In this document: positions 1 to 12,432 of the stretch, one piece after another
Layout: every line of letters starts with the position of its first letter
Numbering within the stretch: position 1 is the first letter of the stretch
Assembly (NCBI GenBank): GCA_032654565.1
Contig: JAULAX010000017.1
Location: 480,001-544,000 of the forward strand
Source: Anaeromyxobacteraceae bacterium
GTDB lineage: Bacteria > Myxococcota > Myxococcia > Myxococcales > Anaeromyxobacteraceae
Direction: 5' to 3'
DNA length: 64,000 nt
The notes under the pieces: model-generated
What the model was told of the DNA's origin: nothing
The model's input: only the letters and a program-made list of their open reading frames with translations
Database searches by the model: none
Translations under genes and position numbers: made by a program

Positions 1-844
1 GCAGCGCCACCGCAGGCGGCGCCCAGAGCCCGGCGAAGAGCCCGGGGGCGGGGCGGCGCTGCAGGAGCCGCCGCCCGCCCTGGTCGACCACGGCGAACCC
101 CAGCCGCTGCCGCACCGGCACCGCCCGCCGCCGCGCCGGCGGCAGCTCCCGCTCCCGCCCGGCCCGCCTCGCCTCGCAGAGCGGGGCCACCGGGCAGCGC
201 GTGCAGCGCGGCGCCGGCTTCACGCAGCGTGTGGCGCCCAGCTCGATCAGGGCCTGGGTCCAGTCGCCGGGCCGCTCCGGCCCCAGCAGCGCCCCGGCCA
301 GGGCCCGCAGCCGCGCGCCGGTGGCGGCGGCCTCGGCGGGCCCCTCGACGGCGAAGAGGCGCGCCAGCACCCGGGCCACGTTCCCGTCCACCGCCGGCGC
401 CGGGATCCCGAAGGCGATCGAGGCCACCGCCCCGGCCGTGTAGGGGCCGAAGCCGGGGAGCGCCGCCAGGGCCGGCAGCGACGCCGGCAGGGCCCCGTGG
501 CGGGCCAGGGCCTCCCCGGCGGCCCGGTGGAGCGACCGGGCCCGGGCGTAGTAGCCGAGGCCGCTCCAGGCCTCCAGCACCTCCTCCTCCGGCGCCGCCG
601 CCAGCGCCTCCAGCGTGGGGAAGCGGGCCAGGAAGCGCCGGTAGTAGGGGATGACCCGCGCCACCTGGGTCTGCTGCAGCATGGCCTCGGAGATCCAGAC
701 CCGGTAGGGATCGGCCTCCCCCTCGGCGAAGCGCCAGGGGAAGTCGCGCCGGGCGGCGTCGTACCAGGCCAGCAGCCGGCGGCGCAGGGCGGCGCGGCGG
801 GCCGGGGTGACCCGGAGGGCCGGGAGGGATCGGGGGCGGGCCAT
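1..844 (-). CDS. mutY: A/G-specific adenine glycosylase MutY (3' end runs off the window)
   Basis: Manual minus-strand translation from ATG 844 gives WYDAARRDFPWR, YRVWISEAMLQQTQV, WSGLGYYARAR, HhH LPGFGPYTAGAV, VDGNVARVLAR and the FeS motif CVKPAPRCTRCPVAPLC. Absent from the ORF track because it is truncated. Confidence 0.95.
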   Translation of the reverse strand, partial: MARPRSLPALRVTPARRAALRRRLLAWYDAARRDFPWRFAEGEADPYRVWISEAMLQQTQVARVIPYYRRFLARFPTLEALAAAPEEEVLEAWSGLGYYARARSLHRAAGEALARHGALPASLPALAALPGFGPYTAGAVASIAFGIPAPAVDGNVARVLARLFAVEGPAEAAATGARLRALAGALLGPERPGDWTQALIELGATRCVKPAPRCTRCPVAPLCEARRAGRERELPPARRRAVPVRQRLGFAVVDQGGRRLLQRRPAPGLFAGLWAPPAVAL

Positions 845-914
845 GGCGCGCTGGAACGCGAGCGAGCCCGGCCACCGTGGCGGCGACCGGGCTCGCGGCG
901 AGGCGGGGCGGCGG

Positions 915-1520
915 CTACTTCACCCGCTTGTCGATCGCCTCCCAGTCGACGTTCTTGAGGAAGGCCTCGACGTACTTGCCACGCTCGTAGGCCTTGTAGT
1001 CGCGCATGAAGGCGTGCTCCCAGCCGTCGAGCGCCACCACCGTGCTGAAGCCGGTGGGCACGCCGTTCTCGTGCAGGGTGATGAAGTGGTTGGAGAGCCA
1101 GCCGGTGTTGGGGTCCTGGAAGGTCATGGCCCAGCCGATGCCCGGCATGGTGGCCACCGCCTTGAAGTCGGCCAGCCAGAGGTCGAAGGAGCCGTAGCTG
1201 GCCTCCACCGCCTTGCGGAACTTCGAGCCGGCCGCCGGCGCGGCCTGGGCCCCGGGGGTGAGGTTGCCGAAGTAGTACTCGTGGTTGATCATGCCGCCGT
1301 ACTCGAAGCCGAGGCGGCGGGTCAGCTCGGCGTAGACCGGGTCGGCGCCGGAGGCCTTGCCCTCGCTGGCGAGCGCGAAGAGCTTCTCGGTGAGGGCGTT
1401 GGTGCGCTTGACGTACCCTTCGTAGAGCTTGAAGTGCTCGTCGAGCTGGTCGTTGGAGATGCCCGCCAGCCCGCGGAGCTTCGAGAAGTCGTGCGGCGCG
1501 TACTTCTTCAGGTCAGCCAT
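915..1520 (-). CDS. Fe/Mn-family superoxide dismutase
   Basis: Metal-ligand motifs EHFKLYEGY, NHEYYFGNL and DGWEHAF. Confidence 0.9.
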   Translation of the reverse strand: MADLKKYAPHDFSKLRGLAGISNDQLDEHFKLYEGYVKRTNALTEKLFALASEGKASGADPVYAELTRRLGFEYGGMINHEYYFGNLTPGAQAAPAAGSKFRKAVEASYGSFDLWLADFKAVATMPGIGWAMTFQDPNTGWLSNHFITLHENGVPTGFSTVVALDGWEHAFMRDYKAYERGKYVEAFLKNVDWEAIDKRVK

Positions 1521-1660
1521 GATTCCTCCAGTGGCGCCGGGCCGAAGGGCCCGCGGGCACGGTTGTTCACCGTGCGATAAAGCCGGCGAGGCGCCGCGTC
1601 AAGGCATCCTTCGGGGCGGCGACGAACCGCCCGGGTGGAGCGGTGCTATACCCTCCCCTC

Positions 1661-2719
1661 ATGACCGGCGAGCCCAGCGTCGAGCCCAGCGCCGCGACCG
1701 GCCCCGGCCCCGACTCCAGCCCCGGTGCAGGCCCCCGCCGCCGGCGCTGGCTCGTCCGGGGCGCCTGGCTCGCCCTGCTCCTCCCGGTGGCCGGCCTGGG
1801 GGCCCTCTGGCTCAGCCTCCCCGACCCCGCCGCCTGGGCCAGGGCCAACCCCACCACCACGGCGCTGGTCGAGCAGCGACGGGCCGAGGCGCTGGCCGCC
1901 GGGCGACGCTTCCGGCCGGCCATGGCCTGGGTGCCGCTGGAGCGGATCTCCAGGCGGCTGGTGGAGGCGGTGGTGGCCTCGGAGGACGCCACCTTCTTCA
2001 GCCACGGCGGCTTCGACTGGGCGGCGCTCCGGGAGGCCTTCCGGCTCAACCTGGCCAGCGGCCGCTACGCCCGCGGCGGCTCCACCATCACCCAGCAGCT
2101 GGCCAAGAACCTGGCCCTGGGGACCGAGAAGAGCCTGCTGCGCAAGGCCCGGGAGGCGCTGCTGACCGCCGGGCTGGAGCGCCGGCTCGACAAGCGCCGC
2201 CTGCTGGCCCTCTACCTCAACGTGGTGGAGTGGGGCGACGGGGTCTTCGGGGTCGAGGCCGGGGCCCGGCGCCACTTCGCCACCGGCGCCGCCGAGCTCA
2301 CCACGGCCCAGGCGGTGCTGCTCGCCTCCATGCTCCCGGCCCCGCGGCGAGCCGCCCTCTCACCGGCGCCGGCCTGGCTGGCGGCCCGGTCCCGAGGGCT
2401 GCTCGACCGGCTCCGCGACGAGCAGGTGATCCCGCCGCCCGAGCACGCCGCCGCCCGGGCCGAGCTGGAGCGGTACCTGGGCCGGACCCCGCCGACGCCC
2501 CCGGGCGACGAGGAGGCCGAGCCCCCGCCGGACGACGCTCCGGCCGCGCCGGTCGAGGGTGTCGAGGCGCCCCTGCCCTCCCCCTCCGCCGAGGCTCCGA
2601 CCGAGGCTCCGACCGGGGCCGAGAGCGGCGCCGCGGCGCCGGCGCCAGGCCCTGCGGCCGAGCCTCCGACCGCCGACCCCGCCTCGCCCCTCCCGCCGGC
2701 TACCCCCGCCGCGCCCTGA
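1661..2719 (+). CDS. mtgA: Monofunctional peptidoglycan transglycosylase (GT51) with Pro/Ala/Glu-rich tail
   Basis: N-terminal TM helix; SEDATFFSHGGFD, RGGSTITQQLAKNL, RKARE and YLNVVEWG motifs. ATG 1661 sits 6 nt after TACCCT. Confidence 0.9.
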   Translation: MTGEPSVEPSAATGPGPDSSPGAGPRRRRWLVRGAWLALLLPVAGLGALWLSLPDPAAWARANPTTTALVEQRRAEALAAGRRFRPAMAWVPLERISRRLVEAVVASEDATFFSHGGFDWAALREAFRLNLASGRYARGGSTITQQLAKNLALGTEKSLLRKAREALLTAGLERRLDKRRLLALYLNVVEWGDGVFGVEAGARRHFATGAAELTTAQAVLLASMLPAPRRAALSPAPAWLAARSRGLLDRLRDEQVIPPPEHAAARAELERYLGRTPPTPPGDEEAEPPPDDAPAAPVEGVEAPLPSPSAEAPTEAPTGAESGAAAPAPGPAAEPPTADPASPLPPATPAAP

Positions 2720-3632
2720 AGAACTCGAAGGTCCGGGCCAGCCCCTGGTCGATGGTGACCTCGGGCCTCCAGCCCAGCGCCCTCCCGGCCGCGGCCGGGT
2801 CGATGCAGGAGCGGCGCTGCTCGCCCAGTCGCCCCTCGGCGTGCAGCGGCGGCGCCACCGAGCCGGCGGCGCTGGACAGCCCGGCATGCAGCCGGAGGAC
2901 GTCGGTCTCCACGCCGGTCCCGACGTTGAGGGCCCCGGCGAAGGAGCGCTCCGCCGCCAGCAGGTTGGCGCGGGCCACGTCGCCGACGAAGACGTAGTCG
3001 CGGGTCTGCTTCCCGTCGCCGTAGATGGTGCAGGGCTTCCCGTCGAGCAGCCGGCCGCAGAAGATGGCCACCACCCCGGCCTCGCCGTGCGGGTCCTGGC
3101 GGGGGCCGTAGACGTTGGCGTAGCGGAGCGCGGCGTAGGGGATCCCGTAGTTGGCCTGGAAGACCCCCAGGTAGAGCTCGCTGGCCGCCTTGGCCGCCCC
3201 GTAATGGGAGAGCGGTCGCTGCGGGTGGCTCTCCGGGGTGGGGATGACCGGGGTGTCGCCGTAGGTGGCCCCGCCGCTGGAGGCGAAGAGCACCTGCCGC
3301 ACCGACCCGGCCCGCACCGCCGCCTGCATCAGGTTGAGCAGGCCGCCCAGGTTGACGTCGGCGTCGAGGCGCGGATCGGCCATGGAGCGGCGCACGTCGA
3401 TCTGCGCGGCGTGGTGGCAGAGCACGTCGGGGCGCTCCCGCTCCACCGCCTCGGCGGCGGCGGCGCTGCGGACGTCGCACGGGTAGAAGCGGGCCTCGGC
3501 CGGCACGTTCTCGCGCCTGCCGGAGGAGAGGTCGTCGACGACGGCCACCTCCCACCCGGCACCCAGGAAGGCGTCGGCGATGGTCGAGCCGATGAAGCCG
3601 GCCCCGCCGGTGATGAGGATCCTCTTCGACAT
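2700..3632 (-). CDS. NAD-dependent epimerase/dehydratase (UDP-glucose 4-epimerase-like)
   Basis: TGGAGFIGS, HHAAQIDVRRS, YGAAK, RYANVYGPRQDPHGEAGV. Confidence 0.9.
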   Translation of the reverse strand: MSKRILITGGAGFIGSTIADAFLGAGWEVAVVDDLSSGRRENVPAEARFYPCDVRSAAAAEAVERERPDVLCHHAAQIDVRRSMADPRLDADVNLGGLLNLMQAAVRAGSVRQVLFASSGGATYGDTPVIPTPESHPQRPLSHYGAAKAASELYLGVFQANYGIPYAALRYANVYGPRQDPHGEAGVVAIFCGRLLDGKPCTIYGDGKQTRDYVFVGDVARANLLAAERSFAGALNVGTGVETDVLRLHAGLSSAAGSVAPPLHAEGRLGEQRRSCIDPAAAGRALGWRPEVTIDQGLARTFEFFRARRG

Positions 3633-3666
3633 GTCGCTCCCCTGCGGGGTGGCGCCCGCGGCCCCG

Positions 3667-3734
3667 CCGCACGAAATCTGGTCCGCACGAAATCTGGTCC
3701 GCTCGGCGTCCGGTCCGCTCGGCGTCCGGCCCGC

Positions 3735-3736
<2 letters not shown>
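3667..3736. repeat. 16-bp period tandem repeat (2x CCGCACGAAATCTGGT, then 2x CCGCTCGGCGTCCGGY)
   Basis: Read directly in the spacer between the two SDR genes. Confidence 0.85.
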
Positions 3737-4685
<949 letters not shown>

Positions 4686-4692
4686 GGTCGGG

Positions 4693-4887
4693 CTAGCGCT
4701 TTCCCCGGCCGAGATCGTCGAGGGTCAGCTGGCCGGGCAGGGCCCCGCGGTACTGCTCCAGCACCAGGTCGATCCCCTGGCGGATGTACTCGGCCACCGG
4801 GACCCGGGTGCGGTCGTGGAGGAGCTTCAGCGCCTCGCCCTGCTCCGGGGTGATGTAGACGGTGGTGGAGATTTTCTTTCGAGCCAT
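4693..4887 (-). CDS. Ribbon-helix-helix DNA-binding protein
   Basis: 64 aa; beta strand ISTTVYIT followed by two helices (…[15 protein letters not shown]). First gene of the apparent SDR operon. Confidence 0.8.
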   Translation of the reverse strand: MARKKISTTVYITPEQGEALKLLHDRTRVPVAEYIRQGIDLVLEQYRGALPGQLTLDDLGRGKR

Positions 4888-4904
4888 GGCGGGTCTGCCC
4901 GGTG

Positions 4905-4933
4905 AAGGTAGGTGAGCGAGGGGGTGCTGTCAA
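4905..4933 (-). promoter_or_regulatory. sigma70-type promoter for the RHH-SDR-SDR operon
   Basis: TTGACA-N17-TACCTT on the minus strand. Confidence 0.65.
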
Positions 4934-4952
4934 ACCCGCAGCTCGGCGCGCC

Positions 4953-4982
4953 TTGAGCGCCGCGCCGGGCCGGCGCTACAAT
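4953..4982 (+). promoter_or_regulatory. sigma70-type promoter for the lipoprotein gene
   Basis: TTGAGC-N18-TACAAT. Confidence 0.55.
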
Positions 4983-5011
4983 GCCGGCCCAAGCCCGAGA
5001 GGACCTCCGAC

Positions 5012-5623
5012 ATGCGTCGAATCGCCGTCGCCGTCGCCCTGCTGCTCAGCACCGCCTGCGGCTCCAAGCAGAAGGTCCTCCCTCCCGCCCCGGGTCGGGA
5101 GAACGTCCCCGTGCACACCGCCGGCGCCCCCAGGCCGGGCGAGACCGTCCACGAGTACGACCTGAACCACGACGGCCGCACCGACGTCTGGACCTACACG
5201 GCGAAGGGGGCCGACGGCAAGGAGGTGGTGGTCCGCAAGGAGAAGGACCTCAACAACGACGGCTCCGTCGACACCTGGGAGGAGTACCTGCCGGACGCCA
5301 CCCTCTCCCGGCTGACCTACGACATGGACTTCGACGGCAAGCCCGACGTCACCCTCTTCTTCGAGAAGGACCAGCTGGTCCGCAAGGAGTACGCGTTCGG
5401 CTTCGACGGCGTCCCCCACACCTTCAACTACTACGAGAAGAACAAGCTGGTGCGCAAGGAGCGGGACACCAACGGCGACGGCAAGATCGACACCTGGGAG
5501 TACTGGGAGGGAGGCGAGGTCGATCGCGTCGGCGTCGACCTCGACAACGACGGCCAGGTCGATCGCTGGGAGACCCGCAAGACCGCGCTGGCCCCGGCCG
5601 GCGAGGCCGGCCCGGCCAGGTAG
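5012..5623 (+). CDS. Lipoprotein with repeated Dx[DN]xDG putative Ca-binding loops
   Basis: Lipobox LLSTA-C; repeats DLNHDGRTD, DLNNDGSVD, DMDFDGKPD, DTNGDGKID, DLDNDGQVD. Confidence 0.8.
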   Translation: MRRIAVAVALLLSTACGSKQKVLPPAPGRENVPVHTAGAPRPGETVHEYDLNHDGRTDVWTYTAKGADGKEVVVRKEKDLNNDGSVDTWEEYLPDATLSRLTYDMDFDGKPDVTLFFEKDQLVRKEYAFGFDGVPHTFNYYEKNKLVRKERDTNGDGKIDTWEYWEGGEVDRVGVDLDNDGQVDRWETRKTALAPAGEAGPAR

Positions 5624-6103
5624 TCACAGGGCGTAGCCGAGCCCCAGCACCGCCTCCGCCCCGACCCCGGCGCCGGAGGTCCAGCGGCAGCCCCCCGCCA
5701 GCGTCCACCAGAGCTCACGCCTGGCCCGCCACTCCACCCCGGCCCGGAGCGCCGCGGTCGGGGCCACCGCCCGCTCCGCGGTGGGCAGGCGGACCCCGGC
5801 CTCGACGCCGAGCAGGGGGCGCCAGCGCCCGACCTCGGGGCTCCAGCGCAGCCCCAGGGCCGACGTGGCGGCGTCCGCGCCGCGGCCGATCGGCCGAACC
5901 GCGGACTCGAAGCCGAGCCTGGCCTCGGCCTCGACGTCGCCGGCGAGCCAGGTGGAGGTGACCAGGGTGAGCCGCCCGGCGGCCCCTCCGGAGGGGCGGG
6001 AGACGGCGGATTCCAGGGAGATTCCGATGGGCCCGGCCAGGGCGGGCGCCGCGGTGGGGAGGGCGAGCAGCAGGGACACGGCCAACAGGGTCTGGGTTCG
6101 CAT
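5624..6103 (-). CDS. Secreted small outer-membrane beta-barrel-like hypothetical protein
   Basis: Signal peptide MRTQTLLAVSLLLALPTAAPALA, amphipathic strands and C-terminal LGLGYAL. Confidence 0.55.
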   Translation of the reverse strand: MRTQTLLAVSLLLALPTAAPALAGPIGISLESAVSRPSGGAAGRLTLVTSTWLAGDVEAEARLGFESAVRPIGRGADAATSALGLRWSPEVGRWRPLLGVEAGVRLPTAERAVAPTAALRAGVEWRARRELWWTLAGGCRWTSGAGVGAEAVLGLGYAL

Positions 6104-6126
6104 GTGGCACGACGAGAGCAAGGTCC

Positions 6127-6984
6127 GTGCTCACCATGCGCGACCGACCCGCCCCTCGCCCCAGCTTCAGCTCAGGCTCCAGCATCGTCTCCAGCCCCCG
6201 CCCTCCTCCAGCCCCGGGCCCCGCGCCGGCGGCCTGGCTCGCCGGGCTGGCCCTCACCCTGCAGGCCACCTCCTGTGCGCCGTCGCCGCTGGTCCACCCG
6301 CGGGCGGCCGAGGAGCTGCGGCGGGGCTACGCCCACCTGGAGGCCGGCGACGCCGAGCGGGCCGAGGTGGCGTTCGAGCACGCCCTGGAGTTCGCGCCCG
6401 ACCTGCCGGAGGGCTGGAACGGGCTGGGCGTGGTGGCCCGCAGCCGCGACGACGACGCCACCGCCCGGGAGCGCTTCGCCCACGCCGTCCGGCTGGCCCC
6501 CGGCTTCGCCGAGGGTCACGCCAACCTCGGCGAGGCGCTGCTGGCGCTGGACCGCGCCGACGAGGCCATCGAGGCGCTCCGGGCCGCGCTCCGCATCGAT
6601 CCCGACCTGGCCGCGGCCCGGCAGAACCTGGCGCGGTCGCTGCTCAGGGACGGGCTGGCCGACGCCACCCGCCGGGAGGCCCGCTGGCGCGAGGCGCGAC
6701 GCGAGTACCTGCACCTGCTGGAGTCGGTCCCCGACTCGCCGGCGGCCCACGCCGACCTGGCCTTCATGGACTACCTGGCCGGCCGCTTCGCGGCGGCCGA
6801 GCGCGGCTACCGGCGCGCCGCCGAGCTGTCCCCATCGGCGGAGCGGCTCCACGGGCTCTGCCTGGCGCTGGCGCGGCTGGGGCGGTGCGCCGAGGCGGCC
6901 GCCGCCTGCGACCGGTGCCTGGCGGTCGACGCGGCCTCGGAGCCCTGCCGGATCAGCCGCCGCGGCGCAGCGGCGTGTGGCTAA
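6127..6984 (+). CDS. TPR-repeat protein (possible lipoprotein; start uncertain)
   Basis: Several TPR-like helical repeats (WNGLGVV, HANLGEAL, RQNLAR, HADLAF). Confidence 0.75.
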   Translation: MLTMRDRPAPRPSFSSGSSIVSSPRPPPAPGPAPAAWLAGLALTLQATSCAPSPLVHPRAAEELRRGYAHLEAGDAERAEVAFEHALEFAPDLPEGWNGLGVVARSRDDDATARERFAHAVRLAPGFAEGHANLGEALLALDRADEAIEALRAALRIDPDLAAARQNLARSLLRDGLADATRREARWREARREYLHLLESVPDSPAAHADLAFMDYLAGRFAAAERGYRRAAELSPSAERLHGLCLALARLGRCAEAAAACDRCLAVDAASEPCRISRRGAAACG

Positions 6985-7002
6985 TCGCGTCGGCGCTCAA
7001 TC

Positions 7003-7220
7003 GCGTCGGCGCTGGCTTCTGGTAGCGCCGACGCAAGCTTCGAGCAGGTCCTCGTGAAGACGCCGAGTCGGCCGGCGCCCTCCTGGGATGGACCTGTCCC
7101 GCCAGACCAGCATCTGGAGGAATGAAGAGACCCGCACCCTGGTCGGGATGCGGGCCTCTTTGACTGCAGGAGACGGTGCTGGTGGCTTGCGCTGGCGGCA
7201 CCAGAAGCCGCCGCCAGCAC
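7003..7220. repeat. Inverted pair of REP-like palindromes flanking a terminator-like hairpin
   Basis: 7003-7034 GCGTCGGCGCT-GGCTTCTGGT-AGCGCCGACGC and 7189-7220 GCGCTGGCGGC-ACCAGAAGCC-GCCGCCAGCAC; the two loops are exact reverse complements. Confidence 0.6.
7125..7161. terminator. Putative terminator hairpin between convergent genes
   Basis: AAGAGACCCGCA...TGCGGGCCTCTTT imperfect inverted repeat. Confidence 0.45.
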
Positions 7221-7225
7221 GACTG

Positions 7226-8263
7226 CTACTTGATGACCCAGGTGTCCGAGCCGCTCAGCAGCCGGGTCACGTCGACGTCGCCCTTCTTGGTCTTGGCGGC
7301 GTTGATCATGGCCCAGGTCAGCTCCTCGGCGGTCGGCCGCGACACGTCGCGGAAGACGCCGATGGGGGTCGGGAACCCCGGCTTGAGCGAGAGGTTGGCG
7401 AGCATGAAGGCCAGGGTCGGGTCGTCGCGCTTGGCGTCGTGGACCAGGACGTCCTTCTCGGTCACCCCACCCTCGCCCACCGTCACCACCTCGAGCTCGG
7501 CGGACTGGGCGTTGAAGCGGATGCCCTTCTTGTTGTCCTTGCCGAAGAGCAGCGGCTTGCCGTGCTCCATGCGCAGCAGCGCCTCCACCTTGACGCTCTT
7601 CTCGGTGATGGCGGTGTAGGCGCCGTCGTTGAACACCGGGCAGTTCTGGTAGATCTCGGTGAAGCAGCTGCCCTTGTGCTCGGCGGCGGCCTTGAGCACC
7701 ACGCCCAGGTGGGCCCCCTCGACGTCGATGGAGCGGGCCACGAAGGTGGCGCCCGCCCCGATGGCCAGCGCCGGCGGGTTGAACGGCGCGTCGGGCGAGC
7801 CGTGCGGCGTGGTCTTGGTCTTCTTGCCCAGCTCGGAGGTGGGCGAGACCTGGCCCTTGGTCAGGCCGTAGATGCGGTTGTTGAAGAGCAGCAGCTTCAG
7901 GTCGATGTTGCGCCGCATGGCGTGGATGAAGTGGTTGCCGCCGATGGCCAGGGCGTCGCCGTCGCCGGTGACGATCCAGACCATCAGCTCGGGGCGCGAG
8001 ACCTTGAGCCCGGAGGCGAAGGACGGGGCGCGGCCGTGCAGGGTGTGCATCCCGTAGTTGTTCATGTAGTACGGGAAGCGCGACGAGCAGCCGATGCCGG
8101 AGATGAAGACGATGTCCTCGCGCTTGTGGCCGACGCTGGGCAGCACCTTCTGCACCTGGTTGATGATGGAGAAGTCTCCGCAGCCCGGGCACCAGCGGGG
8201 ATCGACGCCCGACTCGAAGTCCTTCTTGCTGTAGACCGGCAGGGCCGTGTTCTCGGTAGCCAT
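7226..8263 (-). CDS. 2-oxoacid:ferredoxin oxidoreductase beta subunit
   Basis: WCPGCGD, SGIGCSSR, HTLHGRA, GDGD and NNRIYGLTKGQ (TPP-binding). Confidence 0.95.
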   Translation of the reverse strand: MATENTALPVYSKKDFESGVDPRWCPGCGDFSIINQVQKVLPSVGHKREDIVFISGIGCSSRFPYYMNNYGMHTLHGRAPSFASGLKVSRPELMVWIVTGDGDALAIGGNHFIHAMRRNIDLKLLLFNNRIYGLTKGQVSPTSELGKKTKTTPHGSPDAPFNPPALAIGAGATFVARSIDVEGAHLGVVLKAAAEHKGSCFTEIYQNCPVFNDGAYTAITEKSVKVEALLRMEHGKPLLFGKDNKKGIRFNAQSAELEVVTVGEGGVTEKDVLVHDAKRDDPTLAFMLANLSLKPGFPTPIGVFRDVSRPTAEELTWAMINAAKTKKGDVDVTRLLSGSDTWVIK

Positions 8264-8288
8264 TGTGTGTGTGTCCTTTCCGGAGTCC

Positions 8289-10133
<1,845 letters not shown>

Positions 10134-10369
10134 GTGGCCCTGCATCTCCTTGCGAGGGGGACCCAAGCTACAAAAAGGGCGTCCTGTATGCCGGATCAGC
10201 CCCTCGAAGTCAACGAAGGCCCCTTCGCAAACCAGCGAAACGACAGGCTTATTCTGGACCTGACCCGTCCGTTTTCCCCTCCTAGGAGGGAGGGCCCTCC
10301 AGAACAGGTGCGGAAACGGGTGCTTGGGGGCGTGGGCGCCCGGCCGGAGTCGCACCCGGGCCGCCCGGG

Positions 10370-11761
10370 TCAGGCGGGAGGAAAGATTTTCCCGGGGTTG
10401 AGGATGCCGAGCGGGTCGAAGACCGCCTTGAGCCGGCGCTGCAGCGCCACCAGCGCCTTCCCCTGCTCCAGCTCCAGGAAGTCGCGCTTGGCCAGCCCCA
10501 CCCCGTGCTCGCCGGTGATGGTCCCGCCCAGCTCCACCGCGGCGCGGAGGATGGCGGCCACCGCCGCGTCGACCCGGGGGCGCTCCTCGAGCCGGTCGTA
10601 CATGACGTTGCAGTGGAGGTTGCCGTCGCCGGCGTGGCCGTAGGTGGCCACCGCCAGCCCGGCCTCGAGGCCGATGGCCTTGGCGCGGGCCACCATCTCC
10701 GGGATCCTGGAGCGCGGCACGGCGATGTCCTCGGAGAGCTTCATGGGGTGGATGGCCTTCAGGTTGACCGAGAGGTAGCGCCGCACCTCCCAGATCTCGC
10801 GCCGCTGCGCCTCGTCCTGGGCCACCAGCACCTCGCCCCGCGCCTCCGACGCCACCAGTTCGGCGACCCGCACGATCTCGGCGAAGACCTGCTCCTGGTC
10901 GTTGCCATCGGTCTCCACCAGCAGCAGCGCCCCGGCCCCGGTGGGGAAGCGCCCCGGCGAGGTGCGGGCGATGGCGGAGAGCGAGACGTCGTCCATCAGC
11001 TCGAGGCAGCGCGGGATCACCCCCTGGGCCAGGACCCGGGAGACGGCCCGCGCCGCGGCGTCGACGTCGGCGAAGGCCACCAGCGCGGTGGCCACGTGGC
11101 GCGGGCGCGGCAGCAGCTTCACCATGATCTCGGTGACCACCGCCAGCGTCCCCTCGCTCCCCACCAGCAGCGCCGTCAGGTCGTAGCCGGCCACCCCCTT
11201 GATGGAGCGGTGGCCGGTCTTGATCACCTCGCCGGTGGGCAGCACCGCGCGCAGGCCGAGCACGTACTCCCGGGTGACGCCGTACTTGAGGGCCCGCGGC
11301 CCGCCGGCGTTCTCGGCGACGTTGCCCCCCAGGGTGCAGAGCTCCAGCGAGTTGGGGTCGGGCGGGTAGAAGAGGCCGTGCTTCTCCACCTCGACCTGGA
11401 AGGCGGCCAGGATGACGCCCGGCTCGACCCGGGCCACCAGGTCCTCGGGGCAGATCTCGAGGATGCGGTTCAGGCGCTCGGTGGAGAGGGCGATGCCGCC
11501 GTGCACCGCCAGGCTGCCCCCCGACTTGCCGCTGCGCGCCCCCACCGGCACCACCGGCACCCGGTGGCGGCTGGCCACCTCGAAGACCGCCTGGATCTCG
11601 GCCTCGCTCTCCACCCGCGCCACCGCGCCCGGCGGGAAGCAGCCCAGCTCCGACTCGTCGCGCCCCCACGGCTCCAGCGCCTCGGCGTCGCCGAGCAGCA
11701 GCCGCCCCGGGGGCAGCCGCGCCGTGAGCTCGCGGAGCGCGGCCGCCAGCGCCCCGCTCAC
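10370..11761 (-). CDS. FAD-linked oxidase, GlcD/D-lactate dehydrogenase family
   Basis: PPDPNS, TLGGNVAENAGG, GSEGTL, GHAGDGNLH, GEHGVG. GTG start overlaps the SDR stop (GTGA). Confidence 0.92.
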   Translation of the reverse strand: MSGALAAALRELTARLPPGRLLLGDAEALEPWGRDESELGCFPPGAVARVESEAEIQAVFEVASRHRVPVVPVGARSGKSGGSLAVHGGIALSTERLNRILEICPEDLVARVEPGVILAAFQVEVEKHGLFYPPDPNSLELCTLGGNVAENAGGPRALKYGVTREYVLGLRAVLPTGEVIKTGHRSIKGVAGYDLTALLVGSEGTLAVVTEIMVKLLPRPRHVATALVAFADVDAAARAVSRVLAQGVIPRCLELMDDVSLSAIARTSPGRFPTGAGALLLVETDGNDQEQVFAEIVRVAELVASEARGEVLVAQDEAQRREIWEVRRYLSVNLKAIHPMKLSEDIAVPRSRIPEMVARAKAIGLEAGLAVATYGHAGDGNLHCNVMYDRLEERPRVDAAVAAILRAAVELGGTITGEHGVGLAKRDFLELEQGKALVALQRRLKAVFDPLGILNPGKIFPPA

Positions 11762-12432
11762 CCGAAGACCTCGAGGTTGGCGCCGGTGGAGGCGTCCGGG
11801 GCGTCGAGGGCGGCGAAGACCACCACCCGGGCGACGTCGTCGGGCGTCATGTCCGGGGAGAAGCGGGTCTGGCGGAGCATGGCGGTGTCGGTGCTGCCGG
11901 GCGAGACCGCCAGGGCCTGCACGCCGAAGGGGCGCAGCTCCTCGGCCAGGCAGCGGGTCAGGCCGAGCAGCCCCCACTTGGAGGCGTTGTAGGCGCTGGC
12001 CTCGGGGGTGCCGAGGGTGGCGGAGATGGAGGCGACGTTGACGATGCGGCCGTGGCCCCGCGCCTTCATGCCCGGCACCACGGCGCGGGCGCAGAGGAAG
12101 GGGCCGGTCAGGTTGACCTCCAGCGAGCGGCGCCAGGCCGCCGGATCGAGGGCGTCGACGGCGCCGCGCACCAGCACCCCGGCGTTGTTGACCAGCAGGT
12201 CGCAGGGGCCGAGCACCCGCTCGTGCTCGAGGAGCAGCCGGGCCACGTCGGCCTCGCTGGAGACGTCGCCGGCCACCGCCAGCGCCGCCGCCCCCGCCGC
12301 CACCACCCGCTCCACCTCGGCCGCGGTGCGGGCGAAGGCGGTCACCTTGACCCCGCGCCCGGTCAGGGCGCGCGCCACCGCCTCGCCGATGCCCCGACCG
12401 CCGCCGGTGACGATGGCGGTGGCGGTGCTCAC
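11758..12432 (-). CDS. Short-chain dehydrogenase/reductase
   Basis: TGGGRGIG, NNAG, YNASK. GTG start overlaps the folE stop. Confidence 0.9.
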   Translation of the reverse strand: MSTATAIVTGGGRGIGEAVARALTGRGVKVTAFARTAAEVERVVAAGAAALAVAGDVSSEADVARLLLEHERVLGPCDLLVNNAGVLVRGAVDALDPAAWRRSLEVNLTGPFLCARAVVPGMKARGHGRIVNVASISATLGTPEASAYNASKWGLLGLTRCLAEELRPFGVQALAVSPGSTDTAMLRQTRFSPDMTPDDVARVVVFAALDAPDASTGANLEVFG

